Position numbers and translations under genes: made by a program
DNA from: Mobula hypostoma
Taxonomy: Eukaryota
Assembly: GCF_963921235.1 (NCBI RefSeq)
Contig: NC_086108.1
Span: 23,622,001 to 23,686,000 of the forward strand
Length of the DNA: 64,000 nucleotides
Reading direction: 5' to 3'
Shown: piece after piece, positions 1-13,509 of the stretch
Position numbering within the stretch: position 1 is the first letter of the stretch
Layout: every line of letters begins with the position of its first letter
Notes under the pieces: model-generated
What the model was told of the DNA's origin: nothing
Database searches by the model: none
Seen by the model: only the letters and a program-made list of their open reading frames with translations

Positions 1-247
1 GGAGCCCCAGCAGCCAAGCCTAAGGGAACCAGTCGTCAGGTCCCGTCTAGGGGAAAGACTCCTAAATGTAAATCCTAGAGCCTCGTCCCAGGAGGATAAA
101 GACCATCCGTAGCCATCATCCGAGAATACAGATGAAAACTTGGACTCTGCTTTGGTCAAGAATCTGGAGTCGGATAAAGATTCCAATTTGGATTTATTTC
201 AACAAAGGACTCTAGTGAATATATGGAGGTGACTCTGAATTGGAGCA

Positions 248-335
248 TTAAGAAGGGTTTTGGCCCGAAATGTCAGCTGGACTCTTTTCCATAGATGCTG
301 CCTAGACAGCTGAGTTCTTCCAGCATTTTGTGCAT
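248..335 (+). mobile_element. Short Penelope-like terminal fragment with a truncated hammerhead motif
   Basis: GAAGGGTTTTGGCCCGAAATGTC...ATAGATGCTGCC...GCTGAGTTCTTCCAGCATTTTGTG recurs at the ends of Penelope copies elsewhere in the window (13378, 25806, 38501, 63155). Confidence 0.7.
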
Positions 336-339
336 ATTG

Positions 340-1777
340 TCTGGAATGACCGCGGACCCAAGGGTTGCCAGAACCCTTGAGTTCATTAAGAGGAGACACT
401 GGTGTTGTGGAATGACTGAAGAAGACCAGCAATACGTGCAAGTATGCAACGTGTGCGTCTGGAACAAGGAATTCAACAACCAACCTCTGGGGTTCCGTCA
501 CTCTCTACATGGGAGAGTGTCCCCGGTTGAATGTCAGTTTGGGTATTTGTATAGATAAGTGTATAGGTGAGATGTTTGGGTCTGAAAAATGGATACGCCA
601 GGGAAACGGTTAACAGTTTGGAATTTGTGGGTCTGTCCTATTTTGAAGGGCTACCTGTGTGTTGGGCAAATTGACCCTTGATACTAGATAAGGGGAGAAC
701 AATGTGACTCTGGTCTACCTGATAACATGGCCTGAAAACAAACTAAAAGTGCTGATTTGTGTAAAAGTAATAAATCACTTTGTCTCTAAAGAATGTTTTT
801 TTACATTGTTTAGTCGTAAGATTAACCAAACTTTGTCCCTGAGGAGGCAGAGGCTGATTGTTGAAGGTCACCCAACCAAAAGGTTAGGGTCGTGTAAACG
901 TCGGATTGGATACCTCGCCCCTACCAGCTGGACTAGGAGGTGGCAATAGTGCTATAAAAGGTGAGCAAGTTCTTCCTTGGGCAGACCACTCGCCTGGGTC
1001 CCACTTGCGGGCTGAGCAGCTGAACCAGCGCCAAGGACCTCCACCCTAGTCAGTCCACGGTCGATCGCCTGCTTCAGGGACCATGCAGATGTTGCTAAGT
1101 ATACTCGGCGGTGTAGACTACGAGGGGTTGCTTTAGTTAGCCTTCTCTATTAGTGGTGTAGGTAGTGTACAATATAAAGCATTTTTTCGCAAATCTCTAT
1201 TTTCTTCTCTGTATTAACAATAAAGTGAGTCTTGGAGGAACTACCGAGTCTGGGTCCATTTGTTCAAGCGAAACCAAATATTTGCAGCATCCACTTGTTA
1301 CGGTTATACTTATTTGATATCAGTTTTTGTGGAACAGTATTCTCCACATTCTTCCCTGGCTGAGGTTGGGTAGCTACTGCCGAAAATCTCATCAGGCACT
1401 GCAAACTGAACCTTCAAGGTCCTTAAGAAAGTGAACCTGGTAGCTTACACTTTGCAGCTCCCCAAGAACCTTGAGATTAATCCCACCTTCCATGTATCCA
1501 TGTTGAAACCTCTGAATGCTAGTCCTTTAGTCCTACCACCATCAGCCCAACCGCCACCCAGATTTGTTGATGGAGAACAGGTCTTGCCCATAAAGAAACT
1601 TCTGGATTCACTGTTTGGGGTGATCTGCAGTTCCTTGTTGACTGGGTAGAGTTTGGACCTGAGTAACAGTGCTGAGTTCCAGAAGGGGAAGTTGTGGAGC
1701 CGGCATTGATCCATGATTACCGAAAACATCACCCCGAGCAGCCAGCGCTGTCAGGAGCCAGCCACAGGGAGAGGTCC
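340..1777 (+). mobile_element. Decayed chromovirus-type (Tf1/sushi-like) Gypsy pol 3' end, interrupted by a solo LTR
   Basis: Integrase zinc-finger-like PRVARTLEFIKRRHW...CNVCVWNK at 350-470. VAYTLQLPKNLEINPTFHVSMLKP...PPPRFVDGEQ (GPY/F region leading into chromodomain) at 1431-1649. Purine tract CAGGGAGAGG before a TG at 1778. Confidence 0.75.
510..1322 (+). mobile_element. Probable solo LTR inserted in the integrase remnant
   Basis: Non-coding ~0.8-kb block splitting the integrase, with TATA-like TATAAAA at ~953 and AATAAA at ~1218. Ends and TSD not resolved. Confidence 0.45.
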
Positions 1778-2138
1778 TGTTCCAGTACACACCTGAATGC
1801 ACCAGCCTCTGGGGTATAGACGCTCTGGTGAGTCTCCGAAGTGGAAATAACTGACACAATCTCTTTAAAGATTCTGGCCTGCTCCGCTAATTGGCAACCA
1901 TGTTTTGGCGCCAAGATCTGGAGATTTAAAGAGCACCTAAACTCAGGTTCAGTGCTCAATTGTCAGCTCATTCTTGGTTCAGTCTGCAATAGCGTTTAGG
2001 GATTCTGTCTCATTTGATTCTCATCTGGTCTCATCAGGTTTTCATCTGTCAAGAAACTTGCTCTCGTCTCAGTCCCAAAAGTAGCCTTGGATGCTCCAGC
2101 ACTTGGGTCCTTACCATCCTCAGGCAGGCCTCTTGTCA
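1778..2138 (+). mobile_element. Probable 3' LTR of the chromovirus remnant
   Basis: Starts TGT directly after the polypurine tract following the chromodomain and ends ...CTTGTCA. Confidence 0.45.
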
Positions 2139-2165
2139 CTGAGCAGGGGTGGAAGATTGCATTTC

Positions 2166-2785
2166 TGGCTGGAATTCTATGACCGGTGGGCTTTCCACAA
2201 GGATCATTTCTGGGCCCTCTGATGTTTGAGCTTTGTATCATTGATTTGCAAGAGAAGGTAAATGGATGGGTTAGCAAGTCTGTGAATGACACCAAGATTA
2301 GTTGAGTTGTGGGGAGTGTGATATGGACTATCAAAGTATTCACCCAGGGTATTGATCAATTACAAATATGGTCAGAGAAGTGGCAGATAGAATTTTATCT
2401 GGACAAGTATGTGGTGTTGCATTTTGGGCGGTTAAATGAAAAGAAAAAGGATACAGTTATTGGTATGCCACTTTAGAGCACTGAAGTACAAAAGGATCTT
2501 AGGGTCCAAGTCCACAGTTCACTGACATTGGCTAAGCAAGTGGATAAACTGGTAAAGGTATATGGCATTCTTGCTTTCATCAGTAAGGACCTTGAATTGA
2601 AGAATAAGGAAGTCATACTCTCCAAAACTTCATTCACACCCCAAGGAGTATCATGTTCAGTTCTGGTTGCCCCACTAAGGAGAGGATGTGGATACTGTGG
2701 AAAGGGTATAGGATGCTTCCTGGGTTAGAGGTTATGAAATATAAGGAATGGTTGGACAAACTTAGGTTGTTCTCTTTAGACAGTC
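2166..2785 (+). mobile_element. CR1 LINE RT 3' fragment (decayed)
   Basis: Similar to the GVPQGSVLGP...DDTK...QFWSP region of the other CR1 copies; many stops. Confidence 0.8.
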
Positions 2786-2787
2786 AG

Positions 2788-4680
2788 TGTCACAGCCACG
2801 GATTCAGCAGTGCGTCAGATACAGCAATTACGCTCATGAATATGCATGTGTCATCTAATTATTTCATTGTGACAGTATTTAACTCCATTCTTGTCAAGAC
2901 TTGAGCAAAGCACAACAACATTTTGCTCCCTGTTTGCATTCGGCCATGACTGAGAAATTGGACTGTCACGTCCACTGACTCTGAAGATTAGTGGTCTTCG
3001 TTTTATATTTATTTAGTCCTTTCAATCGCAGTGTTGGCTTTGTTTTCAGGATGCAAAGAAACTCAATACTCATCAAACCAGGTGAGCTCTCTTCTTCACA
3101 TGGTTTAATTTCATCCTCACCTATGATCCCAGCAACAATAGTACCAAGGCCAACACTCTCTCCCAGTAGTTCGACAGATCTGAGGACATTGCCGATCCAG
3201 ACCCCTTTCTTCCTCACTCGTGTATTGCTGCTCTGGTGACCTGGGAATAGAGGCAGAGGTGAGGGCCGCCCAACTGTCGTACCAAGGCTCGGGTAGGGGA
3301 CCTCCCAACTGGCTGTTTGTCCTTGCTGTGGTGCTTTCCAAAGTGTTGGAATGGGGTCACTCCTCCTGTCTGGCTGGACATCGGGGAACTCAACAGATCC
3401 AGGAGTTTATAAAGAGAGAATTTTGGTGGCTATCTATGTCAATGACTTTGTATCTGCCTGTCCCACCTGTGCTTGGAACAAGACATCACACCAGGGCCTT
3501 GCGTCCTGTCCACTATTGGTGCCCACTGCCCCTGGCCCCACCTCTCAAAAGATTTCATCGCTGGGCGCCCCCATCTAATGGAAACACCACCATTTTGGTC
3601 ATTTTGGATCGATTTTCCAAGGCTGCTCACTTCGTTGCCCTCCCTAAACTCTCATCAGCTTGTGAGACTGCCACACTCATAGTTCAACGTGTGTTCAGGG
3701 TCCACGGCTTTTCTCAAAACATAGTATCTGATCGTGGACCACGGTTCACTCCCCGCCTTGGAAAGCTTTCTGCTATCTTGTAGGAGCCATGGTCAGCCTC
3801 TCATCTGGTTTCCACCCTCAATCCAATGGCCAGACTGAGAGAGTGAACCAGGAGTTGGAGACAACCCTGAGCTGCCTTGTCTCTTCCAACCCAACAGGTA
3901 AGGTCATTCAAGCCAGGAGAGGAGGTCTGGTTGGCATCAAGGAATCTTCCCCTGAAAGTCAAGGCCGCAAATTGGCACCGTGCTACGTGGGACCGTTTAT
4001 AGTGGAAAAGGCTGTCAACAAGGTCTCATATAGAATGCGTCTACCAGCATCACTGAAGATCCACCAAGTATTCCATGCTTCCCAGCTCAAGCTGGTAACT
4101 AGTTCTCCCCTAACCCCAGTTATCCCACTTACCCCTCCTCTCTGCTTGGTAGATGGTTCCCTGTTCTATTTGGTGCAGCGCCTCCTGGCATCTCACCAGG
4201 TGTGTGGTCAGGTCCAGTACCTTATGGACTGGGAAGGGTGTGGTCTAGAAGAACATTCTTGGATCCTGGCAAAGGACATCTTGGACAAGTCTCTCATCTA
4301 GGTCTTCCAGTGGTCACGGGTCTGTGGCACCTCAGGGGCTGTACTTCGGGAGGGGAAGGCCTTGTCACAACCATGGATTCGGCAGTGCAGGAGACACAGC
4401 AATTGTACTTGTGAATTATTTCATTGTGACGGTATTTAACTCCATTCCTTTCATTGTAGCACTTGTTGAGACTTGAGCAAAGCACAGCAACACTTGGCTG
4501 CCTGTTTGCATTCGGCCTTGTCTGAGCAATTGGACTGTCGAGCCCACCGACTCTGAAGACTAGCGGTATTCTTTTTATATTTAGTTATTCCTTTCAGCCG
4601 TAGTGTTGGCTTCATTTTCCATTTGAGAGTTTTAGTTAACAGCCCTGTTTGGTCTAGCATTTATTGTTTTCTTTTCCCAG
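2788..4680 (+). mobile_element. Internally deleted chromovirus Gypsy element: LTR - RNase H end/integrase/chromodomain - LTR
   Basis: Diverged direct repeats starting TGTCACA at 2788 and 4363. PPT GGGAGGGGAAGG before 4363. Integrase motifs HSS.LAGHRG, LDRFSKAAHF, IVSDRGPRF, HPQSNGQTERVNQ. Chromodomain VQRLLASH...QYLMDWEG.GLEEHSW at ~4170-4298. Confidence 0.85.
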
Positions 4681-4989
4681 GCTTCAGATGAAGGGCTGTG
4701 GGGGAACTTTAACATGCTGAATGGTGTTGGTCTGCATTGAGGGAACGGTCTTCAGGCAAGGAGGAGCGGAAGAGAATTCATTTTCTGAGGGTTGTGGGAG
4801 GAAAGCCGGCTTGCCGTGGAAGCAGTTTGAACATTCCAGAGGTTCAATCAACATCAGGAGCTGAGCACTTAGAAGAGTTTTCTCGCAGGTTGGCAAAGCT
4901 AGCACAAAAGGAGTGCTTCACGGGCGTTCAATGTTCCAGAGGCCCAATCAGCATCAAGAGCAGAGCACTGTGAATTAAATAAATGTACA

Positions 4990-7900
4990 GAAGGGACAAG
5001 TGGGGCGGCCATTATTGGCAATAGGGCAGCGGCTTTGACTCAAGAGGCTTCGATGAGAAGAGGACGAGGTCAAAGATACAGGTTAGAAGATTTAGTCTTG
5101 GTTGCCCAGTGTACAGTGCAGACAGGTTGGCAGATATGGCAGCGGAATGCTCCTCCTGTAGGATGTGAGAATTCATGGAACCTGATAGTCTCCCTGATGA
5201 CTACATCTACAGTAAGTGCAGCCAACTCCAGCTCCTGAAAGACCACATTAACGAGCTGGAGCTGGAGTTGGATGAAGTTAGGATCATCCAGGAGGCAGAG
5301 CAATTGATAGGTATGACTTTTGAGCAGATGGTTGCACCCAAGAGTGCACATTTCAGGGTGAACACTGAGAAAGGTAAAGGGAGAAAGAAGTCAGCCTGTG
5401 GCCATTCCCCTCAGCAACAGGTATACCCCTTTGGATACTGCTGTGGGGGATGACCTATCTGAGCAAGGATGCAACAGCTAGACCAATAGCACTGTGGTCA
5501 GCTCCGAGCCTCAGAAAGGTAGGGTGAAGTCAGGCGGAGCAATAGTTATAGAGGATTCAGTAGTTAGGAGGACTAACAGAAGATTGTGCGGCAGCAAAAG
5601 AGACACCTGGATAATGTGTTGTCTCCCGGGTGCTAGCGTCCAGGATGTCTCTACGCAGTTGCAGAATACTCTAGAAAGGGAGGGTGAGCTGCTGGAGGCT
5701 GTGGTATATGTTGGCACCATTGACATAGCCAGGAAACAGATAGAGATCCTGCGCAGTAAGTTTAGGGAGTTAGGAAGGAGGCTGTAGAGCAGGACCTCCA
5801 AGGTGGTAATCTCTGGATTACTCCCATTGCCACGAAGGTCAGAACAGGAAGACAGCGCAGACGAATGAGTGGCTGAGTTGCAAGTTCGTTGATAATTGGA
5901 ACCTTTTCTGGGAAAAGGATGACCTGTACAAGTGGGACAGGTTGTACCTGAACTGGAAGGGAACCAGTATCCTGGGAGGGAAGTTTGCTAATGCTATTGG
6001 GGTGGGTTTAAACGAGATTTGTTGGGGGGGGGTGGATGCAGAGGATGGGACGGTTGGCACACAAGTAGTGACAGCTTGTAGGCAGTTTATGAGGAAGGAT
6101 AGGTAGATGATAGAGCAAAGAAGCACTCAGCCAGATGGTTTGAGATGTGTCTATTTTAATTCAAGGAGTATTATAAGCAAGGCGGATGAACTTACAGCAT
6201 GGATCAATACATGGAAATATGATGTGGCCATTACAGAGACTCGGATGACACAGGAGCGGGAATAGCTGCTGAGCATGCTGGGCTTTAGATGTTTCAAAAA
6301 GGACAGGGAGGGAGTCAAAAGAGGTGGGGAGGGGAGTGGCATCGCTAATCAGGGATAGTATCACGGCTGCAGAAAAGGAGGAAGTCATGGAGGGATTGTC
6401 TCCTGAGACACCGTAGGTGGAAGTCAGAAACAGGAAGGGGGCAATAATTCTACTGGGTGTTTTTTATAGACCCCCCAATAGTAACAGGGATATCGAGGAG
6501 AAAATAGGGAGGCAGATTCTGGAATGATGCAATTATAATAGGGTTGTTGTGATGGGCAATTTTAACTTTCCTAATGTTGACCGGCATTTCCCTCGAGCAA
6601 GGGAATTAGGTGGGTTCAGGAAGGTTTCCTGATGCAATATGTAGATAGGCCAACTAGATGAGAGGCTGTACTTGCTCTGGTATTGGGAAATTAACCTTGT
6701 CAGGTGTCAGATCTCTTGGTGGGAGAACACTTTGGAGGTAATGATCACAACTCAATCTCCTTTACCATGCATTTGAGAAGGATAGGAGCAGATAATTTGA
6801 GAAAACATTTAATTTGGGTAGGGAGAAATATGATGCTATTAGGCAGAAACTGGGGAACATAAATTGGGAGCAGATATTCTCAGGGAAATGCACAGCAGGA
6901 ATGTGGCAAATGCACAGGGAACATTTGCATGGTGATCTGCATAGATATGTTCCATTGAGGCAAGGAAAGGATGGTAGGGTAAAAGAACCATGGTGTACAA
7001 AGGATGTAGAAAATCTAGTTAAGAAGAAAAGAAAAGCTTATGAAAGTTTCAAGAAACAAGGTACTTTTAGAGCTCTAGAAAATTATAAGGGTACCAGGAA
7101 AGAGCTCAAGAATGAAATTAGGAGAGCTAGAAGGGGCCATGAGAAGGCGTTGGTGAGCAGAATTAAGGAAAACCCCAACGCATTCTACAAGGCTGTGAAG
7201 AGCAAGAAGATGAGCTGTGTGAGAATAGGACCAATCAGGAGTGAGAGTGGAAACATGTGCACGGAGCTGAAGAATGTAGCAGAGGTACTGAAAATGAATA
7301 TTTTGCTTCAGTATTCACCAGTGAAAAGGACCTTACCAATTGTGGGGATGACTTACAGTGGACTGAAATGCTTGAGTATATAGACATTAAGAAGGAGGAT
7401 GTGCTGGAGCTTTTGATAGATATTAAGTTTGTTAAGTTCCCAGGACCAGATGAGATACACAATAGGCTACTGTGGGAAGTGAGGGAGGAGACTGCTGAGC
7501 CTCTGGCAATGATCTTTGCATCATCAATAGGGACGGCAGAAGTTCCAGAGGATTGGAAGCTTGCAAACGCTGTTCCCTTGTTCAAGAAAGGGAGTAGAGA
7601 TAACCCAGGAAATTATTCAGCAGTGAATCTTCCTTCAGTGGTGGGCAAGTTGTTAGAGAAGATCCTGAGAGGCAGGATTTATGGGCATTTGGAGAGACAT
7701 AACCTGATTAGAGATAGTCAGCATGGTTTTGTCAAGGGCAAGTCATGCCTTATGAACCCGATTGAATTCTTTGAGGATGTAACAAAACACGTTGATGAAG
7801 GTAGAGCAGCAGATGTAGTGTAGATGGATTTCAGTAAGGCATTTGATAAGGTTACCCATGTGAGGCTCATTCAGAAAGTAAGGAGGCATGGGATCCAAGG

Positions 7901-8978
7901 AGACCTTGCTTTGTGGATCCAGAATTGGCTTGCCCACAGAAGACAAAGGGTGTTGTAGATGGTTCATATTCTGCATGGCGGTCGGTGACCAGTGGTGTTC
8001 CACAAGGATCTTTTCTGCGACCCCTCCTTTTTGTGATTTTTATAAATGATCTGGATGAGGAAGTAGAAGGGTGGGTTAGAAAGTTTGCTGATGACACAAA
8101 AATTGGGGGTGTTGTGCATAGTCTGGAGGGTTGTCAGAGGTTACAGCAGGACATCAATAGGATGTAGAACTGGGCTAAGTGGCAGATGGAGTTCAACCCA
8201 GATAAGTGTAAAGTTGTTCATTTTTGTAGGTCAAATTTGAAGACAGAATATAATATAAATGGTAAGACTCTTGGCAGTGTTGAGGATCAATGAGATCTTG
8301 GGGTCCATGTCCATAGGACACTTGAAGTTGCTGTGCAGGTTGGCAGTGCTGTTAGGAAGGCGCATGGTGTGATGGCCTTCATCTACCATGGGATTGAGTT
8401 CAAGAGCCGTGAGCTAATGTTACAGCTATATTAGACCTTAGTTAGATCCCGCTTGGAGAACGGTGTTCAGTTCTGGTCACCTCACTACAGGAAGGATGTG
8501 GATACTATATAGAGAGTGCAGAGATTTACAAGTATGTTGTGTGGATTGGGGAGGGTGCCTTATGAGAATAGATTGAGTGAACTTGGCCTTTTCTTCTTGG
8601 AGTTACATAGGATGAGAGGTGACCTGATAGAGTTGTATAAGATGATGAGAGGCATTGATCGTGTGGATAGCCAGAGGCTTTTTCCCCAGAGCTGAAATGG
8701 CTAACACGAGGGGCATATTTTTAAGGTGCTTGGAAGTAGGTACAAGGGGGGGTGTCAGAGTTAAGTTTTTCACATGGAATACACTGCCGGTGATGGTAGT
8801 AGAGGGAGACACAATAGGGTCTTTAAGAGTCTCTTAGATAAGTACATGGATCTTAGAAAAATAGAGGGCTGTGCATTAGGGAAATTCTAGGCAGCTTCTG
8901 GAGTAGGTTACATAGTTGTCACAACATTGTGGGCCAAAGGGCCTGTAAAGTGCTGTAGATTTCTATGCTCTATGTATG
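4990..8978 (+). mobile_element. Near full-length CR1 LINE, pseudogenised (ORF1 zinc finger/leucine zipper + SGNH esterase; ORF2 APE endonuclease + RT)
   Basis: CSSCRM..CSKCSQLQLL..ELELELD; IVIEDSVVR..YVGTIDI; PGPDEIH, SQHGFVKGKSC, GVPQGS, KFADDTK; 3' tail TTCTATG repeats at ~8960. Multiple stops and frameshifts. Confidence 0.92.
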
Positions 8979-10106
8979 TGGTAGGAGTGCTCCTTTCTCT
9001 CCAGGTCACATGCAGTGATAGAAGGCGATTTATCTGCTGCTGCTAGCTGTTCTTGCCTCCCTTTGGGTGGATGATTTTTCCTAAGGTATGGGAATAATGC
9101 TTCTAAGTTCAAAACTGTGACAAATGTAGGGTCAATTAAAGACTTGACTCACAAAACCATGCTGACCATTGAGGGGAACCTAACTTTCTTTATAATGTAA
9201 GATGCAGGTGTGGTGACATAATTTTTGAAATTATGCTGATTGCTCCTTATATGTATTAAAATACTTTAGCAGCCCTCTCTATCATGTTGAGGGGCAGCTG
9301 TAACTCAGTTTCACATGGAAATGGATGAGCAAGAACTTTGGGCTTTGGATTATTAGGAAGCACTGAATAGCAAGCAGAAAACATTGGCATTTCAGCATAT
9401 TCCCTGGAGAAATTTAACTTAAATTGTTTGAATTAGACTCTGAATTATAGTTGGCAAAGTTTGTTCAAACATGGGAGTGATGTAGGAAAATCGCCAATGT
9501 CTGCAAGTAAAAAAAAATTAGAAAGACCAGAGGATTTCTCAGTGGAAAAGAACAGTAAAGAACTCGGTGCTTGTTTAAGTGACAGGAAAGAGAGAAACAA
9601 AGAGAAAAAGAGCAAAGAACAGCATTCTGGAAAGATTTGAAGAAATTTGAGACAGGAGAATCTATTGATATCATTACTGTCCAATAAATAATTGTCCTTG
9701 CAGTGAAATGACTAGAACTTTGTGACCAGACTACTGAAATACCTGACAGATAAAGATCATTAGAAAAGACCTTAATACACTGTTGGTGATGATACACCTA
9801 GCAGAACAAAGTGAAGTAACGAAGTCCAACATTGTACAGACTTATGATAAACTATATAGTGGTCTGCATAAGACATTAATGATATACACAGCCTGATTAA
9901 ACAGTTCCATACACAGAGAAAGATGTGCACTAATGCCTCTAAAGCCCCTGATCGATTATCACCAGTGTGAAACTTTCCTTGATAACAAAACAAATGCTCT
10001 ATTGTAGATCTTGGATGATGCTCTAAACATTTTTATCTCAATCAGATGTGATAATTGCTCTAAAATCTCATTACCTTGACATATCACAGTACTCCTCCTA
10101 CATTAT

Positions 10107-10323
10107 GCCGGCTGGTGGCATAGTGGCATCAGCACCAGACTTCGGAGCGAAGGCTCCCGAGTTTGAATCCAGCCGGTTCCCTTGCATGCTTTCCATCCGT
10201 GTTGGGTTGAGCGTCGAGCTAGCAACTCAACCTCGTAAAAATAAGAAAGCCTACTAAAAAAACACCATCGTGACGGTGTCCCAATGACTCCACTCGGAGT
10301 TAAGGACTTTCTTATTCTTCTTC
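10107..10323 (+). mobile_element. tRNA-derived SINE with RTE-like body and (TTC)n tail
   Basis: A-box TGGCATAGTGG, B-box-like GTTTGAATCC, motif GGGTTGAGCGTCGAGCTAGCAACTC...CGTAAAA, short tandem tail. Confidence 0.65.
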
Positions 10324-10789
10324 CTCCTACATTATGATTGATAAATCTGATTTGAATTAGTGCAGCAAATAAATGGGTCAGTTACTTTAGAGTAACAGAT
10401 GAAGCTGGGCATCTGATGTTGGCATGGTTGTTGGTTCACTTTTCCAAAGATCAGGTTCAATCTTGACCTCATGTGCTGCCAGTGTAGAGTTTGCACATTC
10501 TCTTCATGGTCATATGGGCTTCCTACAGGTAGATCCAATATTCCAAACATACTGGGTGGTTTAATGGCCACTCTAAGTTAACCATTAGTGCAAGTAAGTG
10601 CCAAAAGGATCAGAGAGGATTTGATGGAGATGTAAGAGAGAATGTTACAGTGGTAAAGCAAAATAAAGGCAGGCAAAATTGTTCACATGAGGTTGTTTAG
10701 CATGGAGCTAGCATAGTTCACAATATTTTATTTTATACCATCCTGGTCGAATACTAAAGACCTATGTAAATCAACTGGGAGGAATGTCT

Positions 10790-12282
10790 ACTGAGGTAAA
10801 CCCCTGCTTCAGGCAGGCTTCAATCATACCAGTGCTGCTCAAGAAGAACATGGAAATTTGCCTCAATGACTATCATCCAGTAGCAGTTACAGTACATCCA
10901 TTGTGACAAAGTGCTTTGAGAGGTTTGTCATGAAACATATCAACTCCCACCTGAGGAGTGACTTGGATCCACTCTAGTTTACCATCATAACAGGTCAATA
11001 GCTGATGCCATTTCGCTGGCTCATCATGCAGTCATGGAACATCTGGACAGTGAAGATGCATACATCAGGACTACAACTTAGCATTCAACACTACTATTCC
11101 CTCAAAAGTAATTAATAAGCTCCAAGACCTAGGTCTTGATACCTCCTTGTGCAATTGGATCTTCGATTTTCTCACTTGCAGATCCAGTCAGCTCGGATTG
11201 ACAGTAACATCTCCATAATCACCGTCAACACAAGTGCACCACAGACCTGTGTGCTTAGCCCCCTGCTCTACTCGCTTTATACTTTTGACTGTGAGTCTAG
11301 GTACAGCTCCAATCCCATATTTAAATTTGGTGGTGTCACTACTGTTGTTGGCTGAATCAAAGGTAGTGATGAATTGGTATATAGGAGGGAGATGGAAAAT
11401 CTTGCTGAATGGTGCCGTAACAACAACATCTCATTCAACATCAGCAAAACCAAAGAGCTGATTATTCATTAGATGAAGAGAAAACTGGAGATCTATGAGG
11501 CAGTCATCGTCAGTGGATTGGAGGTGGAGAGGTTAGTAACTTTAAATTTCTCAATGTGATCATATCAGACAATCTGTCCTGAGTCTAACACATAAGTGGC
11601 AGTACAAAGAAGGTATAGCAGCACCTCTACTTTCTTTCAAAGGTTGCGCAAATTCAGCATGTCATCCTGAACTTTGTCAAACTTCTATAGGTGCATAGTA
11701 GAGAGTATCCTGACTTGTTGTATGATGGCCTCGCATGGAAACACCAATCCTCATGAATGGAAAAGCCTACAAAAAATAGTGGATACAGCCCAGTCCATCA
11801 CAGGAAAATGCCTCTCCACCATTGAGCACATCCAAAAGAAGTGCTGCCAAAAGAAAGCAGCATTCATCTTCAATGACCCCCATCATACAGGCCGCAATTT
11901 CCTCACGATGCAGACATCATGAAGGAAGTACAGGAACCTCGGGACTCATAGCACCAGGTTCAGGAACGGTTATTACTTTTCAACTACGAGGCTGCTGAAC
12001 TCACCTCAACCCTGAACCAAATTCCACAATCTATAGACTCACTTTCCAGGACGCTAAACTCATGTTCTGAAAATTATTTATCTATTTATTACTTGTTCTT
12101 TTTTGTATCTGCACAGTTTGTTGTCTTTTGCACACTCGTTATATGTCTGTCTTTGTGTGTTGTTTTTCATTGATTCTATCGTGTTTCTTTGTGTTTGCTG
12201 TGAATACCTGCAAGAAAATGAATCTCAGGGTTGTATATGGTGTCATATATGTTCTCTGACAATAAATTTACTTTGAACTTTG
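10790..12282 (+). mobile_element. 5'-truncated Rex1/Babar-type LINE (decayed RT and 3' end)
   Basis: LNDYHPVA, KCFERFV, APQTCVLSPLLYSLYT.DC, NFYRCIVESILT motifs; 3' end AATAAATTTACTTTGAACTTTG. Confidence 0.8.
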
Positions 12283-12878
12283 TGCAATAAGTAAGAAAAT
12301 AACTCCTAATATATTCAGGAGTTCAAATAACTGGTATTGTATTCAGAGTTGACAAAGCAGAGATGGAGAGAAAGTAAACATCCCATTTCTGAAGCTTTTC
12401 ATATTCTCAAGTTTTATCATTCCATGGAGTTATGGCTGAACTTGACCCTAACTTCTCATCTCACCCTACCAAAATCTGTTAAGCCCAATTTTCAAACCTC
12501 CAGTAATTCATAAACTTTTAGAGGAGTCAGTTCTTACGTTTTCATATTTTTTACAACATAGAAGGTGGCCATTTTAGTCCATCGAGTCTTTGCCATCTTA
12601 CAGACCAATTAATTTTCCCTATAAACTCTTCTCCCCACATTCCCAAGTTCTACCACCACCTGTACGCCAACCTGCACATCCTTGCACAAGGAGGGAAACC
12701 CATGCAGTCACAAGGAGAAAGAACTCCATACAGACAGCACTGGAGGTCAGGATCAAGGATCAACTTTATTTTATTTATTTATTTATTTTTTCTTCGGTCC
12801 ACAATGTTGTGCTGTCCTTTTAATATATTTATTTTTATCGAAGGAATGACACAGTACAGAATATATAATAGATTACAT

Positions 12879-13509
12879 CTATGCTCTGTCCGCCAGAGAA
12901 AGCAGGATCTCCCAGTGGCCACACATTTTAATTCCACATCCCATTCCCATTCTGACATGTCTATCCACGGCCTCCTCTACTGTAAAGATGAAGCCACACT
13001 TAGGTTGGAGGAACAACACCTTATATTCCGTCTGGGTAGCCTCCAACCTGATGGCATGAACATTGACTTCTCTAACTTCCGCTAGGCCCCACCTCCCCCT
13101 CGTACCCCATCTGTTACTCATTTTTATGCACACATTCTTTCTCTCACTCTCCTTTTTCTCCCTCTGTCCCTCTGAATATACCTCTTGCCCATCCTCTGGG
13201 TCACCCCCCCCCGTCTTTCTTCCCGGACCTCCTGTCCCATGATCCTCTCGTATCCCCTTTTGCCTATCACCTGTCCAGCTCTCGGCTCCATCCCTCCCCC
13301 TCCTGTCTTCTCCTATCATTTTGGATCTCCCCCTCCCCCTCCAGCTTTCAAATCCCTTACTCACTCTTCCTTCAGTTAGTCCTGACAAAGGGTCTCGGCC
13401 TGAAACGTCGACTGCGCCTCTTCCTAGAGATGCTGCCTGGCCTGCTGCATTCACCAGCAACTTTGATGTGTGTTGCTTGAATTTCCAGCATCTGCAGAAT
13501 TCCTGTTGT
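12879..13509 (+). mobile_element. Penelope-like 3' fragment (GIY-YIG C-terminus + pseudo-LTR with hammerhead) nested in the L1 3' UTR
   Basis: PVATHFNS..HSHSDM...RLEEQHLIFRLGSLQPDGMN; flanked by TTACAT at 12873-12878 and 13510-13515. Confidence 0.88.
13378..13413 (+). ncRNA. Minimal type I hammerhead ribozyme motif (one core mutation, CUGACAA)
   Basis: AGTC-CTGACAA-AGG(GTCTCGG)CCT-GAAA-CG-TC-GACT: stem I, stem II and palindromic ACGU stem III. Confidence 0.7.

Noticed and set aside
9940..9980. FTLVIIDQG resembling the start of the next ASTN1 exon
   Set aside because: Purine-rich acceptor context and no continuing similarity; chance match.
10107..10180. tRNA-like sequence (also at ~26086)
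   Set aside because: SINE heads with body and tail, not complete tRNA genes.
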